Below are positions 31,529 to 42,220 of a stretch of 64,000 nt of DNA, piece by piece. Source of the stretch: Thermoproteota archaeon (lineage in GTDB: Archaea; Thermoproteota; Thermoprotei; Gearchaeales; Gearchaeaceae); NCBI GenBank assembly GCA_032249235.1, contig JAVVGF010000003.1, forward strand, positions 128,001-192,000, given 5' to 3'. The notes under the pieces are model-generated. The model did not search any database. It worked only from the letters and a program-made list of their open reading frames with translations, and was not told the DNA's origin. Position 1 is the first letter of the stretch, and each line of letters starts with the position of its first letter. Position numbers and translations under genes: made by a program.

Positions 31529-31994
31529 AGAATTTGGTTATTTAGGTAAGTTCTTTGAAGATTTAAAGGTAGGTGAAATAATAGTTCATAAGTATGGTCG
31601 TACTGTAACGTATGATTTAAATTTATTATTTACTAACTTTTTGCTAAACGACTCTCCTTTGCATTCAGATTCGAATTACATGGAAAAGACCGAGTTTAAA
31701 CAAATTCTTTTGTTATCTAGTATGACATTAGCTGTTGCAATAGGTATTGCATCGCTCGATTTCAAGAATATAGTATGGGATGAAGGAATTTATAATGTAA
31801 AGTTTTTGAAACCAGTTTTCAACGGTGATACTTTAAGAGTCATCACAGAAATAATGGAATTAAGAGAGCATGAAGAAAGAAAAGAACTAGGAATCGTAAA
31901 ACTAAAGCATGAAGTATACAAAAATGGATATGAAGAAAAAGTATGTGAATTTGAAAGAGTTATTTGGTTATTAAAGAAAGAATATTTCAAATGA
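31521..31994 (+). CDS. MaoC-family dehydratase subunit 2
   Basis: GKFFEDLKVG, NDSPLHSD, KPVFNGDTL. Confidence 0.85.
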   Translation: MNEEFGYLGKFFEDLKVGEIIVHKYGRTVTYDLNLLFTNFLLNDSPLHSDSNYMEKTEFKQILLLSSMTLAVAIGIASLDFKNIVWDEGIYNVKFLKPVFNGDTLRVITEIMELREHEERKELGIVKLKHEVYKNGYEEKVCEFERVIWLLKKEYFK

Positions 31995-31995
31995 A

Positions 31996-32847
31996 ATGAA
32001 AATTTACAGATGCCTTTTATTCACCCCTGCAAATGATCAAAAGAAAATCATTAAACTAAAGGAGATTAGAGTTGATGCGGTCATATTAGATTTGGAAGAC
32101 TCCGTGCCTATTCAAGAAAAAGAGAAGGGTAGAAAAAACGTGTTAGAATTAATGAATACAATAAAGGGTAATAAAGCAATAGGAGTAAGGATTAATTCTT
32201 TTGAAAGCAAAATGTGGCTTAAAGACATCTTGCAAATTGTAGAAGCAAATCCAGATTTCATAATGATACCAAAAGTGAAAAATGAAAAAGAAATAGAAGT
32301 AATTTCAAAGACACTTAAATCCTTGAATTCTCAAATTCCTTTAATTGCAAGCATTGAAGACGGAGAAGGACTATCAAGAGTCTTTAAGATAGCTAAGTCA
32401 TGCGATGAAATCATAGCATTGATGTTTGGTAAAATCGATTTCAATGCAAGCATAGGAGGTGAAGAGGGAAATTTCGCAGAAATGTTAGCAAGAGCTTTAG
32501 TTAGCATAGCAGCTTCGACAAATAACTTACAAGCAATCGACTCTCCATGCATAGATTTAAAAGATTTAAAAAAGCTCGAAGAGGAAGCAAGAATTGCGAA
32601 ATCGATGGGATATACAGGCAAAACTGCAATACATCCTTCTCAAATTGAAATAATAAATAAAATCTTCACACCTTCAAAATCTGAATATGAAAACGCTTTA
32701 AAAATTATTGAAGTTTATGAAAAAGCTAAAAGAGAAAATCTAGGAGCAATAAGATTCGAGGACAAGATGATTGATGAAGCCGTTGTAAAACATGCAAAAA
32801 GAATTGTAGGTTTATACGAAAATGTAATGAAACTTCAAGAAAATTGA
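31996..32847 (+). CDS. CitE-family CoA-ester lyase (citryl/malyl/citramalyl-CoA lyase-like)
   Basis: LLFTPAN, LDLEDSV, VRIN, GKTAIHPSQ, MIDEA. Confidence 0.9.
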   Translation: MKIYRCLLFTPANDQKKIIKLKEIRVDAVILDLEDSVPIQEKEKGRKNVLELMNTIKGNKAIGVRINSFESKMWLKDILQIVEANPDFIMIPKVKNEKEIEVISKTLKSLNSQIPLIASIEDGEGLSRVFKIAKSCDEIIALMFGKIDFNASIGGEEGNFAEMLARALVSIAASTNNLQAIDSPCIDLKDLKKLEEEARIAKSMGYTGKTAIHPSQIEIINKIFTPSKSEYENALKIIEVYEKAKRENLGAIRFEDKMIDEAVVKHAKRIVGLYENVMKLQEN

Positions 32848-32848
32848 A

Positions 32849-34378
32849 TTATAGATATTCCCAGATGCCTTTTCCTTTATAACTATAAACTACAGTTTTG
32901 TAAGTCATGACATACTCTATAGCATAACCTATTCCTTCTCTACCTATTCCTGAATCCTTTCTACCTCCAAATGGGAAATATCCTATTCCGTGTCTAGGAT
33001 AATCATTTATATATATTGTTCCAACTTCAAGATATCTGATCAATTTTCTTATCTTATTGATATCATTACCGAATATAGCAGCATCTAAGCCATATCTTCT
33101 TCCATTCGATAGCTCTATGGCTTGTTCAAGATCTTTGATTTCAACAAGTAGAGCTACTGAAGCAAAGACTTCTTTATTATAAAGATACATGTTCTTTACA
33201 TTCTCAGGCGTAGCTTCGATTAATGTTGGTTTTATATAATTTTTTTCACGTTCACCTCCAAATAATAATTTGCCTCCTTTGCTAACAGCATCCTCGATAC
33301 CTTTCATTAATTCAATAGCAGTATCTTCGCTTATCAATGGCCCCATGCTCGTTGTTGGATCTCTTGGATCACCCACTTTTACTTTTTTCAGCTCTTCTAT
33401 AAGATTCAATTTAAGCTGTTCATAAATCGGAGATTCGGCCAAAACAAGTTTTATCGAATCGCATCTTTGCCCTGAGTAGCTCGTTATACCTATAGCGATT
33501 CTTGAAGCTGCATAAACAGGATCAGCATCCTCTAAGACAATAGCAGGATCGCCCCCACCAAGCTCCATTATAAAACTTTTTATTCCGCTCTTTTTGATAA
33601 CTTTCTCTCCTGTCTCCGAACTACCTGTAAGCGATATGACTGCTATTCTTCTATCATTTAAATATCTCTCAATTTCACTACCTGAAAGAGGTAAAACTGA
33701 AAATGCTTCTTTTGGAAATCCTGCAAGCTCTAAAATTCTAGCAAGCATCAATGCAGGCAAGGGTGTTGAAAGAGATGGTTTAAGAAGAATAGCATTAGCA
33801 GAGACTGCTGAGTATGCTAACTTATTGACGGCATCGAATAATGGATAATTGAAGGGTGTAATAGCTAGCACAACACCATAAGGTTCTCTTCTAACAATTG
33901 CTTCGCTTTCAAGACTTTCAGAACTCCAATCTCCAGGCACATACTCACCATACATTCTTCTTACATCCATATCTGTTCTCCTTAACCTTTCAATTGAAGC
34001 ATTTATTTCTCCATTAGCTGCAACCCTTGTTTTTCCATTTCCTAATACTAGAACATTTACGAAATCTTCTCTATATTCTTCTAATAAGTCAGCAACCTTA
34101 TTAAATATCCTAAGTCTTTTCTCTCCTGGTGTATCTCTAATAACCCATCTACCCTTATTATATGCGATTTCTATTGCTCTATTTACATCTTCTTCTTTTA
34201 ATCGCGTAACCTTAGCAATAGTACTAAGGTCTATTGGACTTTTAACTTCAAAGAATTCTTCGCTGATCTTCCAATTCCCAGCAATATATGTTTTAAAAAG
34301 AGGAGTGCCATCTTTCTCTTCGTATATATGCTTAAAAATTTCAGAGCTTATTTCTAATTTCACAGGATCTTTAACCAT
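32849..34378 (-). CDS. gapN: Non-phosphorylating NADP-dependent glyceraldehyde-3-phosphate dehydrogenase
   Basis: [40 protein letters not shown]-terminal GKGIWEY. Confidence 0.9.
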   Translation of the reverse strand: MVKDPVKLEISSEIFKHIYEEKDGTPLFKTYIAGNWKISEEFFEVKSPIDLSTIAKVTRLKEEDVNRAIEIAYNKGRWVIRDTPGEKRLRIFNKVADLLEEYREDFVNVLVLGNGKTRVAANGEINASIERLRRTDMDVRRMYGEYVPGDWSSESLESEAIVRREPYGVVLAITPFNYPLFDAVNKLAYSAVSANAILLKPSLSTPLPALMLARILELAGFPKEAFSVLPLSGSEIERYLNDRRIAVISLTGSSETGEKVIKKSGIKSFIMELGGGDPAIVLEDADPVYAASRIAIGITSYSGQRCDSIKLVLAESPIYEQLKLNLIEELKKVKVGDPRDPTTSMGPLISEDTAIELMKGIEDAVSKGGKLLFGGEREKNYIKPTLIEATPENVKNMYLYNKEVFASVALLVEIKDLEQAIELSNGRRYGLDAAIFGNDINKIRKLIRYLEVGTIYINDYPRHGIGYFPFGGRKDSGIGREGIGYAIEYVMTYKTVVYSYKGKGIWEYL

Positions 34379-34417
34379 AGCTTTTTAATCTGAAAAATTG
34401 TATATGAATTTACGGTT

Positions 34418-34942
34418 TTATTCTTTCATAAAGAAAGAAATCATCTCATATCCTGAACTATACTTTCCTTTCCTCCCATATATTACAAGAATTCTATCAT
34501 TAACAATTTCATATTCTTCTTTCATCTCTACTTCTTTTATCTTACAATTTGAAGGGAAGTTCCAATAAGCGACGTAATCATATTCGATAATTTCAGGCTC
34601 GTATTCATTTTCATAAACATTGAGGCCTTCTTTTAGCATTACTTCAAAACCTATTAGAAATACTAAATATGGTCTATCATGTGAACCTCTAAAGCCTAAG
34701 TCAACCATCAAAACATTAGCTTCACATTTATGGCCATTAACTCTTATTCTTTCTTGATTTAAGAAATTTTGCATATTATAATAAACTCTATTCATTTCTT
34801 CTTCAAACTTTGCTTCATCTTTGATTAAATTATGATAATAGAGTTTAGGATCGATGTAATCAAAAATTAAATAATATACTATAAATCCCTTTGAGACGTT
34901 GAAAAAAGCTTGGGCATAAATTGGTTTTACTTCTTCACTCAT
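34418..34942 (-). CDS. Hypothetical protein
   Basis: Clean 174-aa ORF co-oriented with neighbours; no recognisable motif. Confidence 0.6.
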   Translation of the reverse strand: MSEEVKPIYAQAFFNVSKGFIVYYLIFDYIDPKLYYHNLIKDEAKFEEEMNRVYYNMQNFLNQERIRVNGHKCEANVLMVDLGFRGSHDRPYLVFLIGFEVMLKEGLNVYENEYEPEIIEYDYVAYWNFPSNCKIKEVEMKEEYEIVNDRILVIYGRKGKYSSGYEMISFFMKE

Positions 34943-34963
34943 AATTAATAATTCACGAATCCC

Positions 34964-35821
34964 CTAAAAAGCGAAAATAATCGGTATTATAATGGGAATC
35001 AATAATGTAAGTATGAAACCACTAGCTATGGAGGGAATTGAATATTCTTTGCCCAATCTTGATATGAAAACAGGCAAAGTATCATCCATAGATGTCGCGC
35101 CTCCTATACTTATCAGAGAACTAGGATTTCCCTTTATGAATGGAACGATTATAAACGTGAATTGTTCTCTTAAGAAATTAGATAAAAATGCGAGATTTCC
35201 TATAAAAGAGCCTTCATAACTAGCTAATAATGGACCTATATAAGTATACCATCCCATGCCTAGACAAATCGATAAAGAAGCTTTAATATCAATACCAAAT
35301 AGAAAAGAGTTCAAGGTACCTGCGCAAATAGCGCCTATTATTGCTGCAATGCATGTAAGAAATGTTACTTTAGCACTTTTCTTTAAGAGCTCAATTGAAA
35401 ATAATTTTCCTACAGAGATTCCAGCAGCGACAGCTAGTATAAGAAGTTCATAACTTATTAAAGTGCGATAAGGAATTTCTTTTGGAAGGAATTGACCTAA
35501 TATCCATCCAGCTATAATAGCAAATATAAAGCTTATCTTTGTTTCAGATTTGCTTACTTTTAGCTCTGCCATTCTCCTATCAAGAAGCAAACCTATTGTA
35601 AACGTTATTAAAATCGTGATTAAAGCATAGGCTATAGATAAAGATATTAATTTCAAAACTTCAAAACTAGAACTAATCGATGATGAAGCCCATGAAGATA
35701 TTGTAATTATTAAAATTATTACAATCGGAACTAAAGCATTATCATAACTTTTATTCAGTAATTTACCCATAACTAAGGATATTAGAAACAAAGTGAGAAA
35801 AGCAATTGCTAACAGATCCAT
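34964..35821 (-). CDS. Lysine exporter LysO/DUF340 family membrane protein
   Basis: GMGWYT, FLSNFLRE, GGATSMDDTLP. Confidence 0.85.
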   Translation of the reverse strand: MDLLAIAFLTLFLISLVMGKLLNKSYDNALVPIVIILIITISSWASSSISSSFEVLKLISLSIAYALITILITFTIGLLLDRRMAELKVSKSETKISFIFAIIAGWILGQFLPKEIPYRTLISYELLILAVAAGISVGKLFSIELLKKSAKVTFLTCIAAIIGAICAGTLNSFLFGIDIKASLSICLGMGWYTYIGPLLASYEGSFIGNLAFLSNFLREQFTFIIVPFIKGNPSSLISIGGATSMDDTLPVFISRLGKEYSIPSIASGFILTLLIPIIIPIIFAF

Positions 35822-35877
35822 TATTCTAAATATCTAAGCTCTTAATTTAAATACAAGATGCTTCACTGTAAATTTGA

Positions 35878-36933
35878 ATGGTTAAAGATAAAGACATATG
35901 GAATGTGCTTGAAAAGATAAGGGATCCTGAATTAGGAGTAAGCATAGTTAAAATGGGCATGATAAAGAAAGTAGAATTGAAAGGTGATAAAGTCTTCATT
36001 GAATGCGAGCTAACAACTCCTGCATGTCCTTTGAAAAAGGAAATTGAAGATAACATAAGAAGTGAATTATCAAAGATAGAAGGAATAAGAGATGTTGAGA
36101 TCAAAACGTCAGCTAAAGTTCTTCCATCGAGAAGAATATTACCTGAAGATATTCTTCCTGGTGTCAAAAATATTATCGCAATAGGAAGCGGTAAAGGTGG
36201 GGTAGGAAAGTCTACAGTATCAGCGAATCTGGCTATTGCACTTGCAAAAAGTGGAGCGAAAGTAGGATTGCTAGATGGAGATATTTATGGGCCAAGCATA
36301 CCTAGAATGCTTGGTGTTAAAGAACCTGTAAGAACAGATGGTAAAAAGTTGATTCCACCAGAAGTTTTTGATATAAAAGTTATATCGATTGGATTTTTCA
36401 TAACTGAGGATACTCCTTTAATTTGGCGTGGTCCAATAATATCAGGTGCATTAAGGCAACTATTCACAGATGTAGATTGGGGTGAATTAGATTATTTAAT
36501 CGTAGATCTTCCTCCTGGAACAGGCGATATACCACTTACTCTTGCACAAACTTTACCAAATGCACATGGAGTTATCGTTACAACGCCTCAACCTGCAGCA
36601 TATAGCATAGCTATGAAAGCATTGATGATGTTTAAAAAACTAAATCTTAACGTTATAGGAGTAATAGAAAACATGAGTTATTTCATATGTCCTCATTGCA
36701 AAGGAAGAGTTGAAATATTTGGTTCTGGAGGTGGGAAAGAACTCGCTGAAAAGCTTAACGTAAGCTTCTTAGGTAGCATACCTCTTGATCCTGAAGTTAG
36801 ATTGTCATGCGATGAAGGAATTCCAATAGTTATATCAAATCCTAATAGCGAAGCCTCAAAAGCTTATTTTGAGGTAGCAAGAAGACTCGCAGGAAAGCTT
36901 AGCATGATATCTTTCAAATTATTGAGATCATAA
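35878..36933 (+). CDS. mrp: Mrp/NBP35 Fe-S cluster carrier ATPase with N-terminal DUF59 domain
   Basis: DPELG/TTPACP, SGKGGVGKST, WRGP, DLPPGTGD, ENMSYFICPHC. Confidence 0.92.
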   Translation: MVKDKDIWNVLEKIRDPELGVSIVKMGMIKKVELKGDKVFIECELTTPACPLKKEIEDNIRSELSKIEGIRDVEIKTSAKVLPSRRILPEDILPGVKNIIAIGSGKGGVGKSTVSANLAIALAKSGAKVGLLDGDIYGPSIPRMLGVKEPVRTDGKKLIPPEVFDIKVISIGFFITEDTPLIWRGPIISGALRQLFTDVDWGELDYLIVDLPPGTGDIPLTLAQTLPNAHGVIVTTPQPAAYSIAMKALMMFKKLNLNVIGVIENMSYFICPHCKGRVEIFGSGGGKELAEKLNVSFLGSIPLDPEVRLSCDEGIPIVISNPNSEASKAYFEVARRLAGKLSMISFKLLRS

Positions 36934-37515
36934 TTTTTTACACTTCATAAAATACCAAACTCCAGCTTTTCTTGAGCTTATAATTTCAAAACCTGCTTTG
37001 CTTAGAAGCTCATCATATTCTTTTTCGTTAAGAGGATTAACAGACCACCAATTTGAAAGGATATTGCTTAGTATGCCTCCTTTGCATAAGCTGGTCAAAA
37101 ATAATTTTCCATCTTTTTTCAATATTCTTCGAATTTCTCTTAATGCTTCTTCTTTATTTTTCAATAAATGTAATACGAAAAGCATCGCAACTCCTTCAAA
37201 GCTCTCATTTTTGAAAGGCAACTTAGATACATCGCCTCTTATTGCATCTACGCTTTTTCTTTTCTTTTTCAATACCTTCAAAAATTTCGATGAAATATCT
37301 AGCGCTATGTAATTCGAGACATTCAAGAAGTCCCTTAATTTTCCTGTACCAGCACCTAAATCAATCACTGAATTTGAATTAAGAAATTTTGCAACCTCCT
37401 TCATGATGGAGCTATATCTCATCCTTGCTGATATGAGCATACCTATGGGAGCCCATATATTTTCGTAGAAAGGTGCTAGCGTTTCGAGCAAATCATGCGT
37501 TTCTTTACTCTCCAT
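36928..37515 (-). CDS. Class I SAM-dependent methyltransferase
   Basis: IDLGAGTG, GDVSKLPF, RILKKDG. Confidence 0.85.
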   Translation of the reverse strand: MESKETHDLLETLAPFYENIWAPIGMLISARMRYSSIMKEVAKFLNSNSVIDLGAGTGKLRDFLNVSNYIALDISSKFLKVLKKKRKSVDAIRGDVSKLPFKNESFEGVAMLFVLHLLKNKEEALREIRRILKKDGKLFLTSLCKGGILSNILSNWWSVNPLNEKEYDELLSKAGFEIISSRKAGVWYFMKCKKL

Positions 37516-38722
37516 GAGATAAAATTATATCCCAAATATTCAATGCAAGATCATCTTTTTTCATTTTAGGAATATTCCAAACTTTTCTATTTCTTAAATT
37601 TATAATTATAACTTCATTATAATCGCTTGAAAATCCAATGTCTTTTCTAGAAATATCGTTAATAACTAAAAAATCACAAAATTCATATCCTTTAATCAAC
37701 AAATCCAAGTCTTTGTTCAAGCCATATTCTGCCTTAAACGCTATTAATTTAGTTTTTGGAGAAATCTCTTTTACAAATTTTATTATCTTTTTGGTCGGTA
37801 TCAACTCTACAATTAGCTTATCAATAGCTTTACTTTCGATTTTTCCTTCAAATTGATTTAAAGGCTTGAAATCGACTACTGCAGCTGTAGAGACGAAATA
37901 TTCTATATCATTATTCCTAAGTAGATCTTCGATTTTGCTTAGCATAACTTCTGAGGTTTCCGCATATATGTTATGTAAGAAATTTGGGGCTTCGATCTTC
38001 ATATCTCCGTGAATAAGATAAACATCTGCTCCTTTGAACCATGCAACTTTAGCCATTGCAATTCCCATCTTTCCTGAACTTGCATTGGTTAAGAACCTTA
38101 CCGAGTCGAGATATTCTCTTGTAGCACCTGCAGTGACAATTACTTTCTTTTTACTTAAAGGTTTCTTGCTTAAGACATGCACTACAGAGTAAAATATTTC
38201 TTCTTCACTTGCTAACTTAGCCTTTCCTTCTTCAATTCTAGGTTCAACAAAGTTAATGCCTTGTTTTTTAAGCTTTTCAATATTCTCTATTAATATGCGA
38301 TTTTCATACATTGGTTCATGCATCGCAGGTGCTATTAAAATCGGTATTCCTTTGCCTAAGGCAACAGAAACAACCAAGGTAACTGGCGTATCAGAAATCC
38401 CATTAGCAATCTTGCTTATTGTATTTGCTGTAGCAGGCGCAACTAAAATGAGATCTATTTCATATTCTTTAAACAAACTTGTATGCTCAACTTTTCCAGT
38501 TATTTCATAAACAGGTTTATTTCCTGTAGCATATTCGAAAAGATAAGGGCTTATTAACTTCGCAGCATCATAACTCAAAACAGGAATTACGTTTGCTCCA
38601 TGCTTTATTAAATATCTAGCAATATCTATAGCTTTATATAGTGAAACGCTTGAAGTTACACAATGTATTATATTTTTATTCTTCAACATATTGCTTAACT
38701 TTCCTCTTATTTCTTCAACCAC
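37505..38722 (-). CDS. coaBC: Phosphopantothenoylcysteine decarboxylase/synthase
   Basis: APATANTISK, PAMHEPM, TAGATREYLDSVRFLTNASSGKMG, AAVVDF, FKAE. Confidence 0.95.
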   Translation of the reverse strand: MVEEIRGKLSNMLKNKNIIHCVTSSVSLYKAIDIARYLIKHGANVIPVLSYDAAKLISPYLFEYATGNKPVYEITGKVEHTSLFKEYEIDLILVAPATANTISKIANGISDTPVTLVVSVALGKGIPILIAPAMHEPMYENRILIENIEKLKKQGINFVEPRIEEGKAKLASEEEIFYSVVHVLSKKPLSKKKVIVTAGATREYLDSVRFLTNASSGKMGIAMAKVAWFKGADVYLIHGDMKIEAPNFLHNIYAETSEVMLSKIEDLLRNNDIEYFVSTAAVVDFKPLNQFEGKIESKAIDKLIVELIPTKKIIKFVKEISPKTKLIAFKAEYGLNKDLDLLIKGYEFCDFLVINDISRKDIGFSSDYNEVIIINLRNRKVWNIPKMKKDDLALNIWDIILSHGE

Positions 38723-38786
38723 GTTAGAATAATAGCGAACTTAACTTAATAAGAAATATTATAAGTATGTTTAATTTTAACAAATT

Positions 38787-39170
38787 ATGGAAATAAATCG
38801 AGCAAGAATCCTTTTAATAATAGGTGGCCTTTTCATAATTGCTTCATTAGCATATCCCTTCTACGGTGAACCAAGATTGTTATATCTCGATGATATAATA
38901 GGAAATTATGTATTCGTAATACTTCTAATAGGCTTCCTTTGTATGATCTCGCCCATGATACTTGAAATTTCCTTTATCAAAAAAAGCGGAAAAATAGGCA
39001 ATTTTCTTCTTTATTTCACTTTTTCAGTAATCTTAGCCACCTTTGCTGTTAGAGTTTTTTCACCAGTTCCTATATATTCGATATTTTCCATTCTTAAAAG
39101 CGGTTTCTTCGTTTACATCATAGGAGTTTTACTTGTTTTCCTTTCTTCTTCGTTGTTATTGAGAGATTGA
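38787..39170 (+). CDS. Small membrane hypothetical protein
   Basis: About 4 hydrophobic segments. Confidence 0.55.
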   Translation: MEINRARILLIIGGLFIIASLAYPFYGEPRLLYLDDIIGNYVFVILLIGFLCMISPMILEISFIKKSGKIGNFLLYFTFSVILATFAVRVFSPVPIYSIFSILKSGFFVYIIGVLLVFLSSSLLLRD

Positions 39171-40603
39171 TTAACAAAATTATTATTTTTCCTAAATATT
39201 TCCTTCGTAAATAAAAGGGAAAGAAGTAATAAAAAGAATAAAGAAGAAGTGATGTAAAAGATTAGCTCATAAGCAAAACGTGAAGGTATGTTAATCGCAA
39301 TAGGACCATATTTAATGGAATCTTGGAATTGACTCATTATAGTCCCTGCAATAGCTGGCCCCCATGCAGAACCAAGATTTCTGAAAACTGTATTTAAACC
39401 TGTAGCTATTCCTAAATTCTTTCTATCTACTGAAAATATAACTATGTTTATCAATGAGACGTTGAGTAAGGTTGAACCTATAGCTGTGAACACAAGAGTT
39501 GAAATTAAACTTGGGATGCTGATAAAAGCAGAATATGAAAGTAGTAGAAGACCGATTGCAGATATACTAGAACCAATAAGCGACATTAATTTCGCGCCTA
39601 GTTTGAAGAGATTTCTACCAGCTACAGGTGCAACTATTAATTGCACTATAGCATTTGGCGTCATGAATAATCCTGTATCTAATATGCCCAGAGCATATCC
39701 ATAAGGTTGGGGCATTTGAAATATATATGTTATTGCTTGGGACATCAATTGGAAAACAAATCCAGCTAAAAATATCCCAAAATTAGCTATTAGAATGTTT
39801 TTGTTCGATAACAAATAAGTAGGGATAATTGGATTACTTGTTCTCCTTTCATGCAATGCGAAAATGATTAAAAATGATAAAGAGATAAGGAAAAGAACTA
39901 TGACTTCGAAATTGCTCCAGCCTAAATTTGGAGCTTCTGAAACTCCAATAATTCCTGCCATGAGTATGATCGAAAGGAAAATTGCGCCTAGCCAATCTAT
40001 TTTTTGAGGATTCCTGTATCTACTTTCCCTAATAAATATAAAGGCAACAATATCTAGTGCTATGATGAAAGGAATAACTGTGTGATAAGTAGCTTGCCAA
40101 CCATAATATTGACTTATGTAAGCTCCTAATGGCAATGATATGAGAACACCAACACCAAACATAGCACTAATTATACCCTGTACTTGAGGAATCATTCTCG
40201 GAGGAAATTCTTCTCTTACTATAGAGAAAGCCAATGGCATCATTGCTCCTCCAATTCCTTGTATCGCTCTTGAAATTAGGAGAATTGTAAAATTATTTGC
40301 AAAGCCTGTAGATATTGCACCTAAAGTATATATCAACATTGCAATCATGAGTATTTTCTTTTTTCCATATACGTCACCAAGTTTTCCAAAAATTGCAGCA
40401 GAAACAGTTGAAAAAGCTAGAAACAATGATAATATCCAAGCCACTTCTGCTTCGGTAACTCCAAATTCTTTTTGAATAGTTGGAAGAGAAGGTATTAACA
40501 TTGCTTCAGTATACATTACTAAAAGAGGAATTGATGCAAGAATTATAGCTGTCCTATAAGCGTATTTGAGATCGTAAATTTCGTTATCTTGAGTGAAATT
40601 CAT
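39113..40603 (-). CDS. MFS transporter, 14-TM (DHA2/EmrB-like)
   Basis: GKLGDVYGKK, RAIQGIG, IDWLGA. Confidence 0.9.
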   Translation of the reverse strand: MNFTQDNEIYDLKYAYRTAIILASIPLLVMYTEAMLIPSLPTIQKEFGVTEAEVAWILSLFLAFSTVSAAIFGKLGDVYGKKKILMIAMLIYTLGAISTGFANNFTILLISRAIQGIGGAMMPLAFSIVREEFPPRMIPQVQGIISAMFGVGVLISLPLGAYISQYYGWQATYHTVIPFIIALDIVAFIFIRESRYRNPQKIDWLGAIFLSIILMAGIIGVSEAPNLGWSNFEVIVLFLISLSFLIIFALHERRTSNPIIPTYLLSNKNILIANFGIFLAGFVFQLMSQAITYIFQMPQPYGYALGILDTGLFMTPNAIVQLIVAPVAGRNLFKLGAKLMSLIGSSISAIGLLLLSYSAFISIPSLISTLVFTAIGSTLLNVSLINIVIFSVDRKNLGIATGLNTVFRNLGSAWGPAIAGTIMSQFQDSIKYGPIAINIPSRFAYELIFYITSSLFFLLLLSLLFTKEIFRKNNNFVNQSLNNNEEERKTSKTPMM

Positions 40604-40696
40604 TGAAGATAATTACTTCCAAACCTTCTTAAAAATCGTTTTTTTTCGATTTAAGAAAATAATTAAAATTTTTGATATGTGTTAATTGAAATTAAA

Positions 40697-41401
40697 CTAT
40701 TCTACTTTATAGTATATTCTTCTATTGGTTTTTCCCTTATTTTCCATTTTAAGCAAAACTATTTTCCCGATTTCTTTAAGCCTTGATACATGGCATCCTC
40801 CATCCGCTTGTATATCGATACCTTCTATTTCAACTATTCTTAATGTATCGATATTTGGAGGTTGTGCTTCGGCTAATTTGACTAAGCCGGGAATCTTAAG
40901 AGCTTCTTCTCTTTTTAGGAAGTATATCTTAATTTGTGCATCTTTTTCGATTAGGCGATTAGCTTCTTCTATCACTGATTCTATTAAGGCTCTATCAAAA
41001 CTTTCCAAACTGAAATCAATCCTAGATTTATCGAAATCTATTTGATTTCCAGTAATTTTCGCTCCTAACTTGTTATAGAAAATAGCACTCAACAAATGTG
41101 CTGCAGTATGCATGCGCATAAGCATTCTTCTCCTTTCCCAGTCTATGATACCATGAACCAAATCGTTAAATTGCAGACCTTTTTCATTCAAAACATGAAT
41201 TATTCTATTACCTTCTTTTAAAACTTCAAGTACTTGATATTTCTTCTCATCTTTTATAAGATAGCCAGTATCATGAGCAACGCCACCGCTACGTGGATAG
41301 AAAGCGGTTTTATCTAATTCAACCTTATTTTCTTCAACGAAAATTACTTTAGCATCGAATTCTCTTATGCTGCAATCTTTTAAGTAAAGCGCCTCGCTCA
41401 T
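40697..41401 (-). CDS. alaX: Alanyl-tRNA editing protein AlaX-M
   Basis: FYPRSGG, HTAAH (HxxxH), DGGCHV. Confidence 0.92.
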   Translation of the reverse strand: MSEALYLKDCSIREFDAKVIFVEENKVELDKTAFYPRSGGVAHDTGYLIKDEKKYQVLEVLKEGNRIIHVLNEKGLQFNDLVHGIIDWERRRMLMRMHTAAHLLSAIFYNKLGAKITGNQIDFDKSRIDFSLESFDRALIESVIEEANRLIEKDAQIKIYFLKREEALKIPGLVKLAEAQPPNIDTLRIVEIEGIDIQADGGCHVSRLKEIGKIVLLKMENKGKTNRRIYYKVE

Positions 41402-41423
41402 AAATAGTTATCATTTTGCGAGT

Positions 41424-41821
41424 TTAAATTTTCAAAACATAAAGTCCTATATTTTCATCAAATACCCTTTGACCAATGTTTGTCGTTTCTTCAATTACTA
41501 ATTCGATAAAAGGATTAACTCTTCCTTTGATTAAATGTCCACCTAATGTAGTCATATCTTTTCTAGAAAGAACAACATGAACATGAACAAATGGCTCACC
41601 ATCTTTCAAAGATACATTTCCTTGCAAGCCAATTACTTCAAATTGTTCATTGTACTCTTTCTCTTCATACTTTTTTGTTTCATGATTGAAATAAGCAATT
41701 ATGCATGATCAAAACCTCCTATTCCTTGTAAAAAAGCTGTTTTAACATTGTTCGTTTTACAAATTTCTACAATCTTATCATGTAAGATATCGCCCTTATT
41801 CAATTTGAATAACCTAGCCAT
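41424..41821 (-). pseudogene. PPC/DUF296 domain protein with a frameshift near 41700
   Basis: ATG 41821 gives MARLFKLNKGD...QGIGGFDHA*; adding one A (GCA-ATA) joins it to IIAYFNHETKKY...LQGNVS...HVHVVL...GGHL. Confidence 0.75.
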
Positions 41822-41851
41822 ATAAGCAAGAAATATTTAAAATATTTTAAA

Positions 41852-42154
41852 CTATTCTTGTGATTTAAATAACCATTTTTCGCTCCAATCCCTAATGTCT
41901 TTCACTACAATTGTTAGCTCTCTTCCTTTTTCTGTTAAAGAATATATTTTTCTCTTCTTTTTCTCTTCTACTTTAACTAATTCTTCTTTGCACAATTCTC
42001 TTAGTGCTTTAGATAATGTCCTTGAACTTATGCCCTTCATGGACCACAGCAATTCATTAAAACTCTTTGAACCACTTAGCAATCTATCTATTATAACCAA
42101 TCTCCATGGCTTTCCCAATATTTTCCAAGCCTTTGTTATTGGACACTCAGACAC
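41852..42154 (-). CDS. HxlR-family winged-helix transcriptional regulator
   Basis: N-terminal CP (SECPI), LGKPWRLVII, ISSRTLS, YSLTEKG. Confidence 0.9.
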   Translation of the reverse strand: MSECPITKAWKILGKPWRLVIIDRLLSGSKSFNELLWSMKGISSRTLSKALRELCKEELVKVEEKKKRKIYSLTEKGRELTIVVKDIRDWSEKWLFKSQE

Positions 42155-42186
42155 AATCTATTTAGGAAATAAACAGATAAATTTAA

Positions 42187-42220
42187 ATACTTTACTTAGT
42201 AAATTTATGAAGTAAAGTAT
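42187..42220. promoter_or_regulatory. Perfect 11-bp inverted repeat between the TATA box and doxX start; candidate HxlR operator
   Basis: ATACTTTACTT (42187-42197) and AAGTAAAGTAT (42210-42220), with nested palindrome TTTACTTAGTAAA. Confidence 0.6.
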
